Shown piece after piece: positions 1-9,679 of a DNA stretch of 64,000 nt (position 1 is its first letter; each line of letters opens with the position of its first letter). The DNA is taken from assembly GCA_965215895.1 (NCBI GenBank), contig CBDCEY010000008.1:995086-1059085 (forward strand), given 5' to 3'. A model generated the notes under the pieces. It ran no database searches, was not told the DNA's origin, and saw only the letters and a list, made by a program, of their open reading frames with translations. Origin of the DNA: Vicinamibacterales bacterium. GTDB taxonomy: Bacteria > Acidobacteriota > Vicinamibacteria > Vicinamibacterales > UBA8438. Position numbers and translations under genes: made by a program.

Positions 1-1
1 C

Positions 2-637
2 TCGCGGCGCACGTCGTTGATCGTGGATCCGCCGAACGGACGCATGCCGCCCCTGACGGTGGAGGCGCAGCAGCGGCGGGATGAACGCGCCGCGTATCGT
101 AGCGAGCACCCCGCCGACTCCTGGGAAGACCGCGGCCTGAACGACCGGTGCATGTTCACGACCGGCCTGCCGATGGTGCCGAGCGCGTACAACAACAACG
201 TGCACATCTTCCAGGCCCCGGACCACGTGGCGATGGTCGTCGAGATGACCCACACCCTGCGGGTCGTGCCGCTGGACGGGCGCCCTCGGCCGGAGCAGCC
301 CATCCGGCAGTTCGTGGGAGAATCGCGCGGCCACTGGGACGGGGACACCCTCGTCGTCGAGACCATGCACTTCAACCGCCTGACCAGCGTCCGGGGCTCG
401 ACCCCCGACGCACGGCTGGTCGAGCGCTTCACGCGCGTCGGCCCGGACAGCATCGATTACGAGTTCACGGTGGAGGACCCGGCGACGTGGGGGCGCCCGT
501 GGACGGCGCGGGTGGAGCTGAAGAAGACCGACGAGCCCCTCTACGAGTACGCCTGCCACGAGGGCAACTACTCGATGGAGGGCATACTGGCCGGCGCGCG
601 GGCGGAAGAGCGGGCGGCCGCGCAGGAATCGCGGTAG
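2..637 (+). CDS. conserved hypothetical protein, 5' end outside the window
   Basis: The frame is open from the first bases of the window to TAG 635-637. Protein composition is normal and non-repetitive (e.g. LYEYACHEGNYSMEGIL), unlike overlapping shadow ORFs. No family recognised. Confidence 0.55.
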   Translation, partial: SRRTSLIVDPPNGRMPPLTVEAQQRRDERAAYRSEHPADSWEDRGLNDRCMFTTGLPMVPSAYNNNVHIFQAPDHVAMVVEMTHTLRVVPLDGRPRPEQPIRQFVGESRGHWDGDTLVVETMHFNRLTSVRGSTPDARLVERFTRVGPDSIDYEFTVEDPATWGRPWTARVELKKTDEPLYEYACHEGNYSMEGILAGARAEERAAAQESR

Positions 638-701
638 ACTGCGGCGTCGACTACGCCCCGGCCGTCGCGAGGTCGCGCGCCACGGGAGGAAGTTGCGGGT
701 C

Positions 702-1274
702 ATGCTGGAGCCAGCGGGAGCAGCGATCGCACCGGGCCGGACGGTGACGGCAGACGAGCTCTTCCGGATGCCGGAGGACGAATACCGGTATGCGCTCGTC
801 AGAGGGGAGCTCCAGCGCATGACCCCGGCCGGGTTCGACCACGGCGCCGTGATCATGAACCTGGCCGTGCCGCTCGGCCAGCACGTCAAGACCGGGCGCC
901 TCGGTGTCGTCTGCGGCGCGGAGACCGGCTTCGTCCTGGAGCGGCGGCCCGACACGGTGCTCGCCCCGGACATCGCGTTCGTCCGGCGCGAACGGATCCC
1001 GGCGGCCGGCAGGCCCAAGGCGTTCTGGGACGGCCCGCCGGATCTGGCGGTGGAGGTGCGTTCCCCCGGCGACACGCGCCAGGAGGTCGCCGGAAAGGTG
1101 GCCGCCTGGCTGGCGTCCGGCACGCTGGCGGTGTGGGCCGTCGATCCGTCGGACGCGTCGGTGACGATTCACCTGCCGCACCGGACGCCCCGCCGGCTCG
1201 CCGAAAGCGACACGCTGGACGGCGCGCCGCTGCTGCCCGGATTCCGTCTGCCGGTCGTCGACATCTTCGCGTAG
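702..1274 (+). CDS. Uma2-family (DUF820) restriction-endonuclease-like protein
   Basis: ATG 702 lies 11 nt after GGGAGGA; the track start TTG 693 is too close to the RBS. Uma2-type pattern: YALVRGEL..MTPAG..H, APDIAFV, PDLAVEVRSPGD, LPGFRLPV C-terminus. Confidence 0.75.
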   Translation: MLEPAGAAIAPGRTVTADELFRMPEDEYRYALVRGELQRMTPAGFDHGAVIMNLAVPLGQHVKTGRLGVVCGAETGFVLERRPDTVLAPDIAFVRRERIPAAGRPKAFWDGPPDLAVEVRSPGDTRQEVAGKVAAWLASGTLAVWAVDPSDASVTIHLPHRTPRRLAESDTLDGAPLLPGFRLPVVDIFA

Positions 1275-1427
1275 CCGGCCGCGACCGACCGCCGATGCCC
1301 AGCATGCCCACACCCGACCGCCGACGGTCGCGAGCGAGACACCCACGCCGTGCATCGCGCCGCCGGGTCGTTCCGCCATTGGAGCAGACGAGCGGCGCGA
1401 GCCGCGCCTGAGACCAAGGAGAACCGC

Positions 1428-2600
1428 ATGAAGGGTCGTGCCCGCCGGATGACGACGATTCCCGCCCCCGAGACGAGACGGGGTCGCCACGTCATGCTCG
1501 CCGTCGCGCTCGCCTGCCTGTACGCGCCGCTCGCGCAGGCCCAGCCCGCGGCGGCGCCGGCGCCGCTGCACTTCGCCGAGGTGGTCGAGGAGGCGCGCGC
1601 GCTGGTGCGCGCGGACATCGCCGAGCGGGGCTATCCGGGCATCGCGATCGCGGTGTCCGTCGACGCCGAGACGGTCTGGTCGGAGGGCTTCGGCTACACC
1701 GACATCGAGCACCGGATCCCCATGTCGCCGTCGGTGAAGTTCCGGGTCGGGAGCATCTCGAAGTCCCTGACGGCGGCGGCGGTGGCGAGCCTGGTCGAGG
1801 ACGGCCGGCTCGACCTCGACGCGCCGGTCCAGCAGTACGTCCCGTCGTTCCCGGAGAAGGCGCACCCGATCACGACCCGGCAGCTCGGCGGTCACCTGGG
1901 CGGGATCCGGCACTACCAGGGCGACGAGAACTTCATCCGCGACCCGTACGCGACGGTGCTCGACGGGCTGTCCATCTTCGCCGACGATCCCCTGCTGCAC
2001 GAGCCCGGGACCGCGTTCTCCTACACCAGCCACGGGTTCAACCTGATCAGCGCGGTGGTCGCGGGGGCCGCGGAAGAGCCGTTTCTGGACTACATGCGCG
2101 AGGCGGTCTTCCGTCCCCTGGGCATGCGCGACACGGTCGCCGACTTCGTGACCCCGATCATCCCGGGCCGGACCCGCTACTATGTACGGGACGCCGGCGG
2201 GCGCGTGGTGAACGCGCCGTTCGTGAACAACAGCTACAAGTGGGCCGGGGGCGGGTTCCTCTCGACCACCGGGGACGTGCTGCGGTTCGCCAACGCGCAC
2301 CTCGACGACGGATTCCTGTCCGAGCCGTCCCGCAAGCTTCTCTTCACCGAGCAGCAGACCCGCGACGGCGAGGGCGTGGGCTACGGGTTCGGCTGGTTCA
2401 TCCGGACGCGCGAGGACGGGCGCCGCCTGCTGTCTCATTCCGGCGGATCGGTCGGCGGCACCTCGCTGATGGTGATGCAACCCGACTCGCGGGTGGTCGT
2501 GGTGGGACTGATCAACCTGACCGGCGCGAACAACGCCGTCGTCCGCGCGGTGCTCGACCTGTTCATCGACGCCGCGGCAGCGTCGCCCACGCTGCATTGA
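1428..2600 (+). CDS. serine hydrolase, beta-lactamase/PBP-related family, secreted
   Basis: AAGGAG RBS precedes ATG 1428. Signal-like N-terminus (LAVALACLYAPLAQAQ). SxxK motif SISK, then YTSHGFNL and HSGGSVGG typical of class-C-like serine hydrolases. Confidence 0.8.
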   Translation: MKGRARRMTTIPAPETRRGRHVMLAVALACLYAPLAQAQPAAAPAPLHFAEVVEEARALVRADIAERGYPGIAIAVSVDAETVWSEGFGYTDIEHRIPMSPSVKFRVGSISKSLTAAAVASLVEDGRLDLDAPVQQYVPSFPEKAHPITTRQLGGHLGGIRHYQGDENFIRDPYATVLDGLSIFADDPLLHEPGTAFSYTSHGFNLISAVVAGAAEEPFLDYMREAVFRPLGMRDTVADFVTPIIPGRTRYYVRDAGGRVVNAPFVNNSYKWAGGGFLSTTGDVLRFANAHLDDGFLSEPSRKLLFTEQQTRDGEGVGYGFGWFIRTREDGRRLLSHSGGSVGGTSLMVMQPDSRVVVVGLINLTGANNAVVRAVLDLFIDAAAASPTLH

Positions 2601-2632
2601 GCCGCCGCGAGCCGGTCCGTCAGCTACTCCTG

Positions 2633-5074
2633 ATGAAGCAGGCGCCCCACGGGGTCTCTCCAATCGACATGACCGAGGGAAGCTGGATCGCGGCGGACGT
2701 GAGTCCCGACGGCGAGACCACGTTCTTCGCGAGGCGGACGGCGCGGCTCGCGGCCGCGCTCGGGTTGTGCGTCCTCCTGGCGGGCGCGACCCGGCTGGCG
2801 GCCGCGCCGCAGGAGCCCCCTGCGCCCCCGCTCGCGACGACGCCCGCTATCGACGGTCCACCCGCTCCGGTCGCGCCGGCCACCATTACCCGCGACGCCG
2901 GCGGCGGGGCGACGGTGCGCGCCGTCCGCCTCGACGGGCCCCTGCAGCTGGACGGCGTGCTCGACGAGCCGATCTACGCCGCCGTCGAGCCGTTCGGCGA
3001 CTTCATCCAGCAGTCCCCCGACGAGGGGGCCCCGGCCACGGAGCGCACCGACGCGTGGATCTTCTTCGACGACGAGTCGATCTACGTGGGGGCCCGCGTC
3101 CACGAGTCGGTTCCCGAGTCGGACTGGGTCGCCAACGAGATGCAGCGGGACTCGTTCCAGCTCATCAACAACGACGGGTTCATCGTCGTGTTCGACACCT
3201 TCTACGACCGCAGGAACGGCTTCTCGTTCCGGGTCAATCCCATCGGGGGGTTCAGCGATCAGCAGATCGCCGACGAGGGGAACCCGAACCCCGACTGGAA
3301 CCCCGTCTGGGACGTTCGCACCGGCCGCTTCGACGGCGGCTGGACCGTCGAGATGGAAATTCCCTTCAAGTCGCTCCGCTTCCGGCCCGGCGCGGACCAG
3401 GTGTGGGGCATCCAGCTGGGCCGGGACATCCGGTCGAACTACGAGGAGGCGTATCTCACGGCGGTGCCGATCTCGGCCGGGCCGGGACAGTTCCGCCTGT
3501 CGGTGGCGGGCACCCTCGTCGGCCTGCAGGTGCCCGAGGGCAACCGCACGTTCGAGATCAAGCCCTACGCGATCGGCTCGCTCAACACCGACCGGGCCGT
3601 CGTACCCCCGATCTCGAACGACGGCGACGCGGCCGGCGGCGTCGACGTCAAGTACGGACTCACCGAGAACCTGACCGCGGACTTCACCTACAACACCGAC
3701 TTCGCGCAGGTCGAGGTGGACGAGCAGCAGATCAACCTGACGCGGTTCAGCCTGTTCTTCCCGGAGAAACGCGAGTTCTTTCTGGAGAGCCAGGGCATCT
3801 TCGACTTCGGGCGGGTGGGCGGCTTCGGCGGCTTCGGCGGGTCCGCGCGGGGGAATCTCACCGCGGCCCCTGGCGTCTTCGGACCGGGCGACGCCCCGAC
3901 CCTCTTCTTCAGCCGTCGGATCGGCCTGGACCAGGAGGGGCGAACCGTGCCGATTCTGGGCGGCGGACGCCTGACCGGCAAGGTGGGCGATTTCAGCGTC
4001 GGGGCCATCAACATCCAGACCAACGACACGTCGACCGCCGCCGCCGCCACGAACTTCAGCGTGCTCCGCATCAAGCGCGACATTCTTCGCCGGAGCCGCG
4101 TCGGGGCGATCTTCACCAACCGGTCGGTCTCCGTGGAGGGCGACGGCGCGAACCAAGCATATGGACTCGACGGGTCGTTCTCGTTCCACGACAACGTGAA
4201 CCTCTACGGCTACTACGCCCGCACGAACACGCCGGGCCTGCAGGGAGACAACGAGAGCTATCAGACCGCGTTCTCCTACGAGGGCGATCTCTACGGCCTC
4301 CTCGTCGATCACCTGCTCGTCGGCAGCAACTTCAACCCCGAGATCGGCTTCATGCGCCGCGACGACTTCCGGCGCACCTACGTCTACACGCAGTTCAGCC
4401 CGCGACCGCGCGGCATCGCGGCGGTGCGCCAGTTCACCTGGGGCGGAAGCCTCGACTACATCGAGAACGGCGCACGGCAGATCGAGACCCGGATCCTCTC
4501 GGGACGCTTTCAGACGTCCTTCGAGAACAGCGACAGCCTGAGCGCGGACATCCAGCAGGACTACGAGTTCCTGACCGAGCCCTTCGAGATCACCGACGAC
4601 GTGACCCTGCCCGTCGGCGGCTACGAGTTCCGGGACTTCCAGGTGTCCTATCGCATGGGGCCGCAGCGCCGGCTGGCGGGCAGCCTGTCCCTCCAGCACG
4701 GCGAGTTCTTCGACGGCGACATCACCGCCGTCGGGTACTCGCGCGGCCGCATCGAGGTCACGCGGCAGTTCGCGGTCGAGCCGAGCGTCTCGCTCAACCG
4801 CATCACGCTGCCGCAGGGAGCGTTCACGGCCAAGGTGGCCGCGACGCGGCTCACCTACACCTTCACGCCGCGCATGTTCGCGAGCGCGCTGCTGCAGTAC
4901 AACTCGACCAACAACGTGCTGAGCACGAACGTGCGCCTGCGCTGGGAGTATCAGCCGGGGAGCGAGCTGTTCGTCGTGTACAACGACCAGCGGGACACCT
5001 GGCTCAACCGCGGCTTCCCGATGCTCCAGAACCGCGCGTTCGTCGTGAAGCTCACCCGGCAGTTCCGCTTCTGA
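2633..5074 (+). CDS. CBM9-like / DUF5916 domain protein (outer-membrane-type beta-rich protein)
   Basis: N-terminal pattern IDGxLDEPIY..FxQQSPDEGAPATERTDAWIFFDDESIYVGARV..RNGFSFRVNPIGG..WNPVWD..GWTVEMEIPFKSLRF. DUF5916-like block TYNTDFAQVEVDEQQINLTRFSLFFPEKREFF. Alternative start ATG 2669. Confidence 0.75.
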   Translation: MKQAPHGVSPIDMTEGSWIAADVSPDGETTFFARRTARLAAALGLCVLLAGATRLAAAPQEPPAPPLATTPAIDGPPAPVAPATITRDAGGGATVRAVRLDGPLQLDGVLDEPIYAAVEPFGDFIQQSPDEGAPATERTDAWIFFDDESIYVGARVHESVPESDWVANEMQRDSFQLINNDGFIVVFDTFYDRRNGFSFRVNPIGGFSDQQIADEGNPNPDWNPVWDVRTGRFDGGWTVEMEIPFKSLRFRPGADQVWGIQLGRDIRSNYEEAYLTAVPISAGPGQFRLSVAGTLVGLQVPEGNRTFEIKPYAIGSLNTDRAVVPPISNDGDAAGGVDVKYGLTENLTADFTYNTDFAQVEVDEQQINLTRFSLFFPEKREFFLESQGIFDFGRVGGFGGFGGSARGNLTAAPGVFGPGDAPTLFFSRRIGLDQEGRTVPILGGGRLTGKVGDFSVGAINIQTNDTSTAAAATNFSVLRIKRDILRRSRVGAIFTNRSVSVEGDGANQAYGLDGSFSFHDNVNLYGYYARTNTPGLQGDNESYQTAFSYEGDLYGLLVDHLLVGSNFNPEIGFMRRDDFRRTYVYTQFSPRPRGIAAVRQFTWGGSLDYIENGARQIETRILSGRFQTSFENSDSLSADIQQDYEFLTEPFEITDDVTLPVGGYEFRDFQVSYRMGPQRRLAGSLSLQHGEFFDGDITAVGYSRGRIEVTRQFAVEPSVSLNRITLPQGAFTAKVAATRLTYTFTPRMFASALLQYNSTNNVLSTNVRLRWEYQPGSELFVVYNDQRDTWLNRGFPMLQNRAFVVKLTRQFRF

Positions 5075-5342
5075 GCCGACGCCGTCAGGGCCATCCGCCG
5101 GCCACATCGGGAGCCGGTGCTCGAGGTCCGGTCGGCGGGCCTCGGTTGCGACAGACTGCCGCCGGGAGCCTCAGACGCTATGATGATTGCCGTCATGTCG
5201 ATGCGGTCAGCCGAAGCGCGCGGCCTGCTCGGTCTCCGGTACTCCTCGTCCGCGCTGCCGGTCGACACCGTGACCTCCAGGTCGGAGATCGGCGCGGGCG
5301 CACCACAGGATGACCCGTATTGGCAGAGCTCAGGAGCAGACG

Positions 5343-7649
5343 ATGACAACGCTGTCGGATCACAGGCATGACGTTGGACGCGTGGTCGCCGTGAGCGTGG
5401 CGCTCGGAAGCGCGTGGATCATGGGTACGATCGCCGCGTCGGCGCAGAGCGCCTTTCAGATCGAAGAAGCCACCATCGGCGATATTCAGCGCGCGATCCG
5501 GCAGGGCGAGACGACCTGCGTGCAGGTGGTGGAAGCCTATGTCGAGCGTGCGAGGGCCTACAACGGCATCTGCACGCAGCTCGTCACCGCGGACGGTGGA
5601 CGGGTTGCGCCCGGTCCGGGCGCGGTCCGGGCCGGCGCCCCGATCGAGTTCCCCGCCGCCACCGTGCCGGTGCGCGATATTCTGCCGGACTACGACGACT
5701 ACCGCGGGTTGCCGATAGAGCTCGGCCGCATGGAGGCCACGCGGTCCGACCCCGGCGTCCAGCAGCAGTACGGCATGGTCGTCGGCATGAAGGACGCGGG
5801 CCAGCTGAATGCGCTGAGCACGCTCAACCTCCGTGGGGAGCGATCGGTGACCTGTCAGGCGGAATGCGATGCGCACCCGTCGGACGGCGCGCTGCCCGCG
5901 CATTGCCCCGCCGCATGCGAGGCGTTTCGACGACAGCCCGACGCGCTCGAGAGAGCCGCCGAGCTCGACGCCCTGTACGGCAGGAATCCCGACCTCGATC
6001 GGATGCCGATGTACTGCGCCGCGCTCTCGTTCAAGGACGTCTTCGATACGACCGACATGCGGACGACGGGCGGGGCCGACACCGCCTACACGATGGATGC
6101 TCCACCGCGGGACGCGACGGTCGTCGCCGAGCTGCGGGCCAAGGGCGCCATCATCTACGCCAAGGCCAACCTGTCCGAGTACAACGCCGGCGGCGGGAAC
6201 CCGGGGGGCGCCGTTGCCGGATCGCGGACGTTCGGCGCGGGCGTCTCTCGCAGCAGTTGGGCCGGCGCCTCGTGCAGTGTCTACGATACGGCCCGCGAAC
6301 CCGGTGGTTCGAGCTCCGGGTCAGCCGTCTCGGTCGGCGCGAACCTCGTCACCTGCTCGATCTGCGAGGAGACCGGCGGGTCGTGCCGGCAACCGGCCTG
6401 GCGAAACGGCGTCGTCGGCCTCGTGACGACCAAGGGGCTCGTGCCGTATGGCGGATCGATCGGCGTCGAGCCCTACCTCGACCGGGGGGGCATCCACTGC
6501 CGCACGGTCGAGGACGCGGGCAGGGTCCTCGACGCGCTCGGGAACCCCGGCGGCGACTTCTACGATCCGCGCGACATCTACAGCGCACTCCCCCGCGCGC
6601 TGATCCCCGAGGCGCCCTACGCGAGCTTCGTCGTCGATGAAGAGACCGTCGACGCCAGGCCGCTCGCCGGCGTGCGCATCGGTGTGGTCCGGGAGTACAT
6701 GGTCAAGCACACCGACAACGACGCCGCGATGAGCGATCTCGTCGATGAAGAGATCCTTCGCGTGCTGCGTGACGAGCTCGGCGCGGAGATCGTCGAATCG
6801 TCCGATCCGGCGTATCCGGACGACCCGTCGATCCCGAACATGGCGTACGACTTTCACCGGGCGATAGCCGAGATCCTGCCCGTCCACATGCCGGAGTACA
6901 TCCAGGCCAGGGACGCCGGCGGCGGGTACCGGTTCGCGGTGCCCGGCCACGACGTGACCAGCCGCGACTATCTCGTGCGGGCGGCCGAAGGCGCGGCGCC
7001 GCTCTCGGCCGACCTGAACCTTCGCAGCATCAACAGCTCGCCGCCGACCTTGAGCTTCAGCTTTCACCTCGCCCAGTACCTGATGCGCCGCGGGGATGCC
7101 ACGGTGACCGACTGGACGAGCCTCAACGCGAACTCGAAGTACTACAACGAGCGGCGCGCGGTGGCGATGCGCAATTGGGAGGAAGCCCGCAACATCGTCT
7201 CGGAGGGCATCACGCGGCGCGTGAAGATGCGGGACGTCATGCGGCTCGTTCTGCTCAACGTGCTGCACCGGAACGATATCGACGTGCTGGTCAACCCCAC
7301 GATCACGGTGCCCCCGGTGCGAATCGGATACGCGGGCGAGCCGTCCGTCGAGAACCGTCCGACCGGCCGGTTTCCCACGAGCGCCAACCTCGGCATTCCG
7401 GAGATCACGGTGCCGGCCGGCTTCAATCGAATCGTCTACGATCCCGAGTACGTGCTGAACGAGGACAGGGACGACTACGACAACGTCACGGGCAGCCGGC
7501 GGACGCAGCTCGATGCCGGGCTCCCGGTCGGCATCTCGTTCTGGGCGGGACCCGGCGACGAGCCGCTCGTCCTGCGCGTCGCGTCGGCCTACGAGGCGGC
7601 AACCCGCCATCGCCGGCCGCCGCCGGACTTCGGGCCTGTCGGTCGATGA
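5343..7649 (+). CDS. amidase-signature family amidase, secreted
   Basis: AGGAG lies 6 nt before ATG 5343 (track start 5310 lacks a spaced RBS). Amidase signature GGSSSGSAVSVGANL. Signal-like N-terminus ending AASAQS. Confidence 0.8.
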   Translation: MTTLSDHRHDVGRVVAVSVALGSAWIMGTIAASAQSAFQIEEATIGDIQRAIRQGETTCVQVVEAYVERARAYNGICTQLVTADGGRVAPGPGAVRAGAPIEFPAATVPVRDILPDYDDYRGLPIELGRMEATRSDPGVQQQYGMVVGMKDAGQLNALSTLNLRGERSVTCQAECDAHPSDGALPAHCPAACEAFRRQPDALERAAELDALYGRNPDLDRMPMYCAALSFKDVFDTTDMRTTGGADTAYTMDAPPRDATVVAELRAKGAIIYAKANLSEYNAGGGNPGGAVAGSRTFGAGVSRSSWAGASCSVYDTAREPGGSSSGSAVSVGANLVTCSICEETGGSCRQPAWRNGVVGLVTTKGLVPYGGSIGVEPYLDRGGIHCRTVEDAGRVLDALGNPGGDFYDPRDIYSALPRALIPEAPYASFVVDEETVDARPLAGVRIGVVREYMVKHTDNDAAMSDLVDEEILRVLRDELGAEIVESSDPAYPDDPSIPNMAYDFHRAIAEILPVHMPEYIQARDAGGGYRFAVPGHDVTSRDYLVRAAEGAAPLSADLNLRSINSSPPTLSFSFHLAQYLMRRGDATVTDWTSLNANSKYYNERRAVAMRNWEEARNIVSEGITRRVKMRDVMRLVLLNVLHRNDIDVLVNPTITVPPVRIGYAGEPSVENRPTGRFPTSANLGIPEITVPAGFNRIVYDPEYVLNEDRDDYDNVTGSRRTQLDAGLPVGISFWAGPGDEPLVLRVASAYEAATRHRRPPPDFGPVGR

Positions 7650-7830
7650 TGCCGGCGCGCGGGGAGGTGCTCCGAGCCGCTGAAGCTGATCCGAACCGGC
7701 GCCGGCTCGTCGGTCGATGATACGGGCGCGCGAGGAGGCGGTCCGCCGATGCCGTGCGTCGCCTGCCGGCGGACGGTCACCTGCCGACGGTCGATGAGGT
7801 CGGCGCGCGAGGAGGCGCCCCGCCGGCGAC
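7641..7830 (+). repeat. three degenerate tandem units, each starting GGTCGATGA..GGCGCGCGAGGAGG
   Basis: GGTCGATGA occurs at 7641, 7712 and 7789 (spacing 71 and 77 bp). Each is followed by (C/G)GGCGCGCG(A/G)GGAGG. The paralogous spacer has one unit only (11037). Confidence 0.6.
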
Positions 7831-7989
7831 GAGCCGAGGGGCAGCGTCACTGCGGCGTTCGGCTGCATATCAGACGACATGCGCCCTCCTCACGCCTTGT
7901 GAGCCGGGCGCTTCGCGCCCGCCATGGGCTGCTGCTGCTGATAGAATCGCCGGCCTGCGCGCCGGACGAACTCGGAACCGGAGAGTCTG

Positions 7990-9000
7990 ATGCCGACGAA
8001 GCCGCTCGCGTTCGTGCTCGCCATCGCGTTCGCCGCGACCGCCGGCGCGCAGCAGGCCGCGTTCGATCGCCTGTCGCCCGACGTCCTCGACGCCGTGCCG
8101 CCGTCGGCGCGCGTCACGGGCGAGCCCGGCGCCATGACGATCCGACGGACGTCGTGCCGCACGGCGCCGATGAACGAGATCCGGCGGCGCATCGTCGACC
8201 TGGCGGTGCAGGAGTGGGCGTTCTTCGGGTTCATCGTCGTGGACCAGACGACCGTCGAGGCGTCCGGACCCGGCCAGCCTCGCCGGCGCCGTCGGCGGCG
8301 GCCGGGCCCGGCCGAGTCGGCCCGCGTGGCCGGCTCGATCGCCGGCTACTGGACGGTCACGCCGCAGGGCGGCTGGATCCTCGACGCCCAGAACGACGCT
8401 TGGCGCGGACCGCGCGGCGTCGGCTCGCGCTGGCGCTACCCGTGGTCGGCGGCCTTCGTGTCGTGGGTGATGTGCGAGGCCGGCCTCGGCGACGCCTCTC
8501 TCTTCCAGCGCGCCGTGGCCCATCACGTCTACATCGACCAGGCCATCCGTGCCCGCGGCGCCGACACGCCGGCGGCGGCGTTCACGGCCCACGACGTCGG
8601 CGAGGCGCCGGTCGCGCCGGGCGATCTGCTGTGCAGCGCGCGCCGGCCCGCCTACCGGTCGATCGCCCAGCGGCGGCGCCAGATGGGCGTCGGCGCCCGG
8701 ACCCACTGCGACGTCGTCGTGAAGGTGGAGCCGTCCCGCCGCCGCATTCTCGCCATCGGCGGCAACGTGCGCGGCGCGGTGAGCCTGAAGCTGCTCCCGG
8801 CGGCCGATGGACCCGACGGCAGTCTCCGGCCGCTCCCGGGCCGGCGGCGCATATTCGCCCACCTCAAGCTGCGCGCCCCGTCGATCGCGGTCGACGCGCT
8901 CGACCACACACCCACGATGCACGCGGTCCAGTGCGACGACTTTCCACTTCCGCTTCAGGCAGCCGCCGCTCGCCTCGCCGGTCGTGCCGCCAGATGCTGA
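7990..9000 (+). CDS. DUF2272-like secreted protein, paralogue 1
   Basis: GGAG RBS 6 nt upstream. Signal peptide LAIAFAATAGAQQ. Blocks EWAFFG, YPWSAAFVSWVMCEAG, HCDVVVKV..AIGGNVRGAVS match my recollection of DUF2272. Confidence 0.65.
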   Translation: MPTKPLAFVLAIAFAATAGAQQAAFDRLSPDVLDAVPPSARVTGEPGAMTIRRTSCRTAPMNEIRRRIVDLAVQEWAFFGFIVVDQTTVEASGPGQPRRRRRRRPGPAESARVAGSIAGYWTVTPQGGWILDAQNDAWRGPRGVGSRWRYPWSAAFVSWVMCEAGLGDASLFQRAVAHHVYIDQAIRARGADTPAAAFTAHDVGEAPVAPGDLLCSARRPAYRSIAQRRRQMGVGARTHCDVVVKVEPSRRRILAIGGNVRGAVSLKLLPAADGPDGSLRPLPGRRRIFAHLKLRAPSIAVDALDHTPTMHAVQCDDFPLPLQAAAARLAGRAARC

Positions 9001-9014
9001 ACCGAGCGTAACAG

Positions 9015-9035
9015 AATACAAGGGGGGATTGTATT
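9015..9035 (+). terminator. possible hairpin after DUF2272 copy 1
   Basis: AATACAA-GGGGGGA-TTGTATT (7 bp stem, 7 nt loop) followed by T. The stem is AT-rich, so this is a weak call. Confidence 0.25.
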
Positions 9036-9403
9036 TGGTGAGTGCGCATCGCCCGGCCGGGTAGCGCCGAAAGCGCCTCTCACGGCTACGAACGCGAGGA
9101 TTGGAGGGGGGCACCCGGATTCCGGTGCGGTCTGGCTGAATTGGAGACCGGCGCCGGAACCTGAGTGGGACGCGGGCCTAATATCGCCGTTCCACCGGTG
9201 CTGGGTCGATTGGGTCGACGGGATCCATCTCCCATTTTCCCTTGGGAGACCTGTGAACAGCGACTTTCCGAGTCCTGAACCAGGAATCTGGCTTTGCCTT
9301 TCGCCTCAAGAACCGCGTGTTGCATGGCTTTAGGTCTGTGACTCGGAAGACGCTCAGAACGTCTCGAACGATTCTGCCAACACCAAGAAGATCCGGCACG
9401 GCA

Positions 9404-9679
9404 TTACCCCTCCAGATCGTAGACGCTGACATCGCCGTCAGCGGTGCTGTGCCTGACTGCAACGAACCACCAGTCGCCTACCCTAAACGGGTACGGACGA
9501 TGGAGATCCATGTTTGCTTCCGTGCACTCAACACCGCCGTTTGGGGTCGGCGCGAATACGGAAGGCTCGGCACCAATAAACTGTTCCGGGAACCTCAAGG
9601 CCTGTGAGCTGACTGCACCTACTTGTTGAGCCGGATACGACATCAACCCATCGACGGAGCCGATTTCAACAGTAATCAC
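9404..9679 (-). CDS. hypothetical protein (91 aa), third gene of a small minus-strand operon
   Basis: GTG start overlaps the upstream stop (GTGA), suggesting translational coupling. Lies in the lower-G+C patch. No family recognised. Confidence 0.35.
   Translation of the reverse strand: MITVEIGSVDGLMSYPAQQVGAVSSQALRFPEQFIGAEPSVFAPTPNGGVECTEANMDLHRPYPFRVGDWWFVAVRHSTADGDVSVYDLEG

Larger units (their letters stand above)
7441..9011. repeat. segmental duplication, copy 1 (amidase 3' end + intergenic + DUF2272 gene)
   Basis: Directly alignable by eye with 10828-12150. Same order of amidase C-terminal codons, stop, spacer and a 336-codon gene. Homology fades about 10 bp after the stop codons. Confidence 0.85.

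Noticed and set aside
651-2663. 670-aa minus-strand ORF, and many similar long ORFs (e.g. 2624-5107 -, 2767-5313 +, 6321-7880 -, 10976-12679 -, 12279-13772 -, 13797-15578 -, 14024-15658 +, 22910-25366 -, 27500-29293 -, 35340-37766 -, 39639-41957 +, 39931-41655 -, 47877-48995 -, 48764-50872 +, 55210-58503 +)
   Set aside because: They overlap, out of frame or antisense, genes with clear family motifs. They are extremely Arg/Pro/Gly/Ala-rich and lack RBSs. They are typical stop-codon-poor shadow frames of high-G+C DNA.
7641-7830. Possible CRISPR-like array because of regularly spaced repeats
   Set aside because: There are only three degenerate units of unequal spacing (71 and 77 bp). The repeats are not well conserved, there are no cas genes, and the units overlap stop/start codons. 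It is a tandem duplication, not a CRISPR.
7749-9114. 420-aa (+) and 414-aa (-) ORFs overlapping the DUF2272 gene, and their twins at 10976-12679
   Set aside because: Their composition is shadow-like. The frame at 7990-9000 has a signal peptide, an RBS and conserved blocks, and is duplicated intact.
9178-9462. 94-aa minus-strand ORF as a fourth gene of the small operon
   Set aside because: It overlaps the 91-aa gene by about 59 nt in another frame. It has no visible RBS and its sequence is basic and low-complexity.
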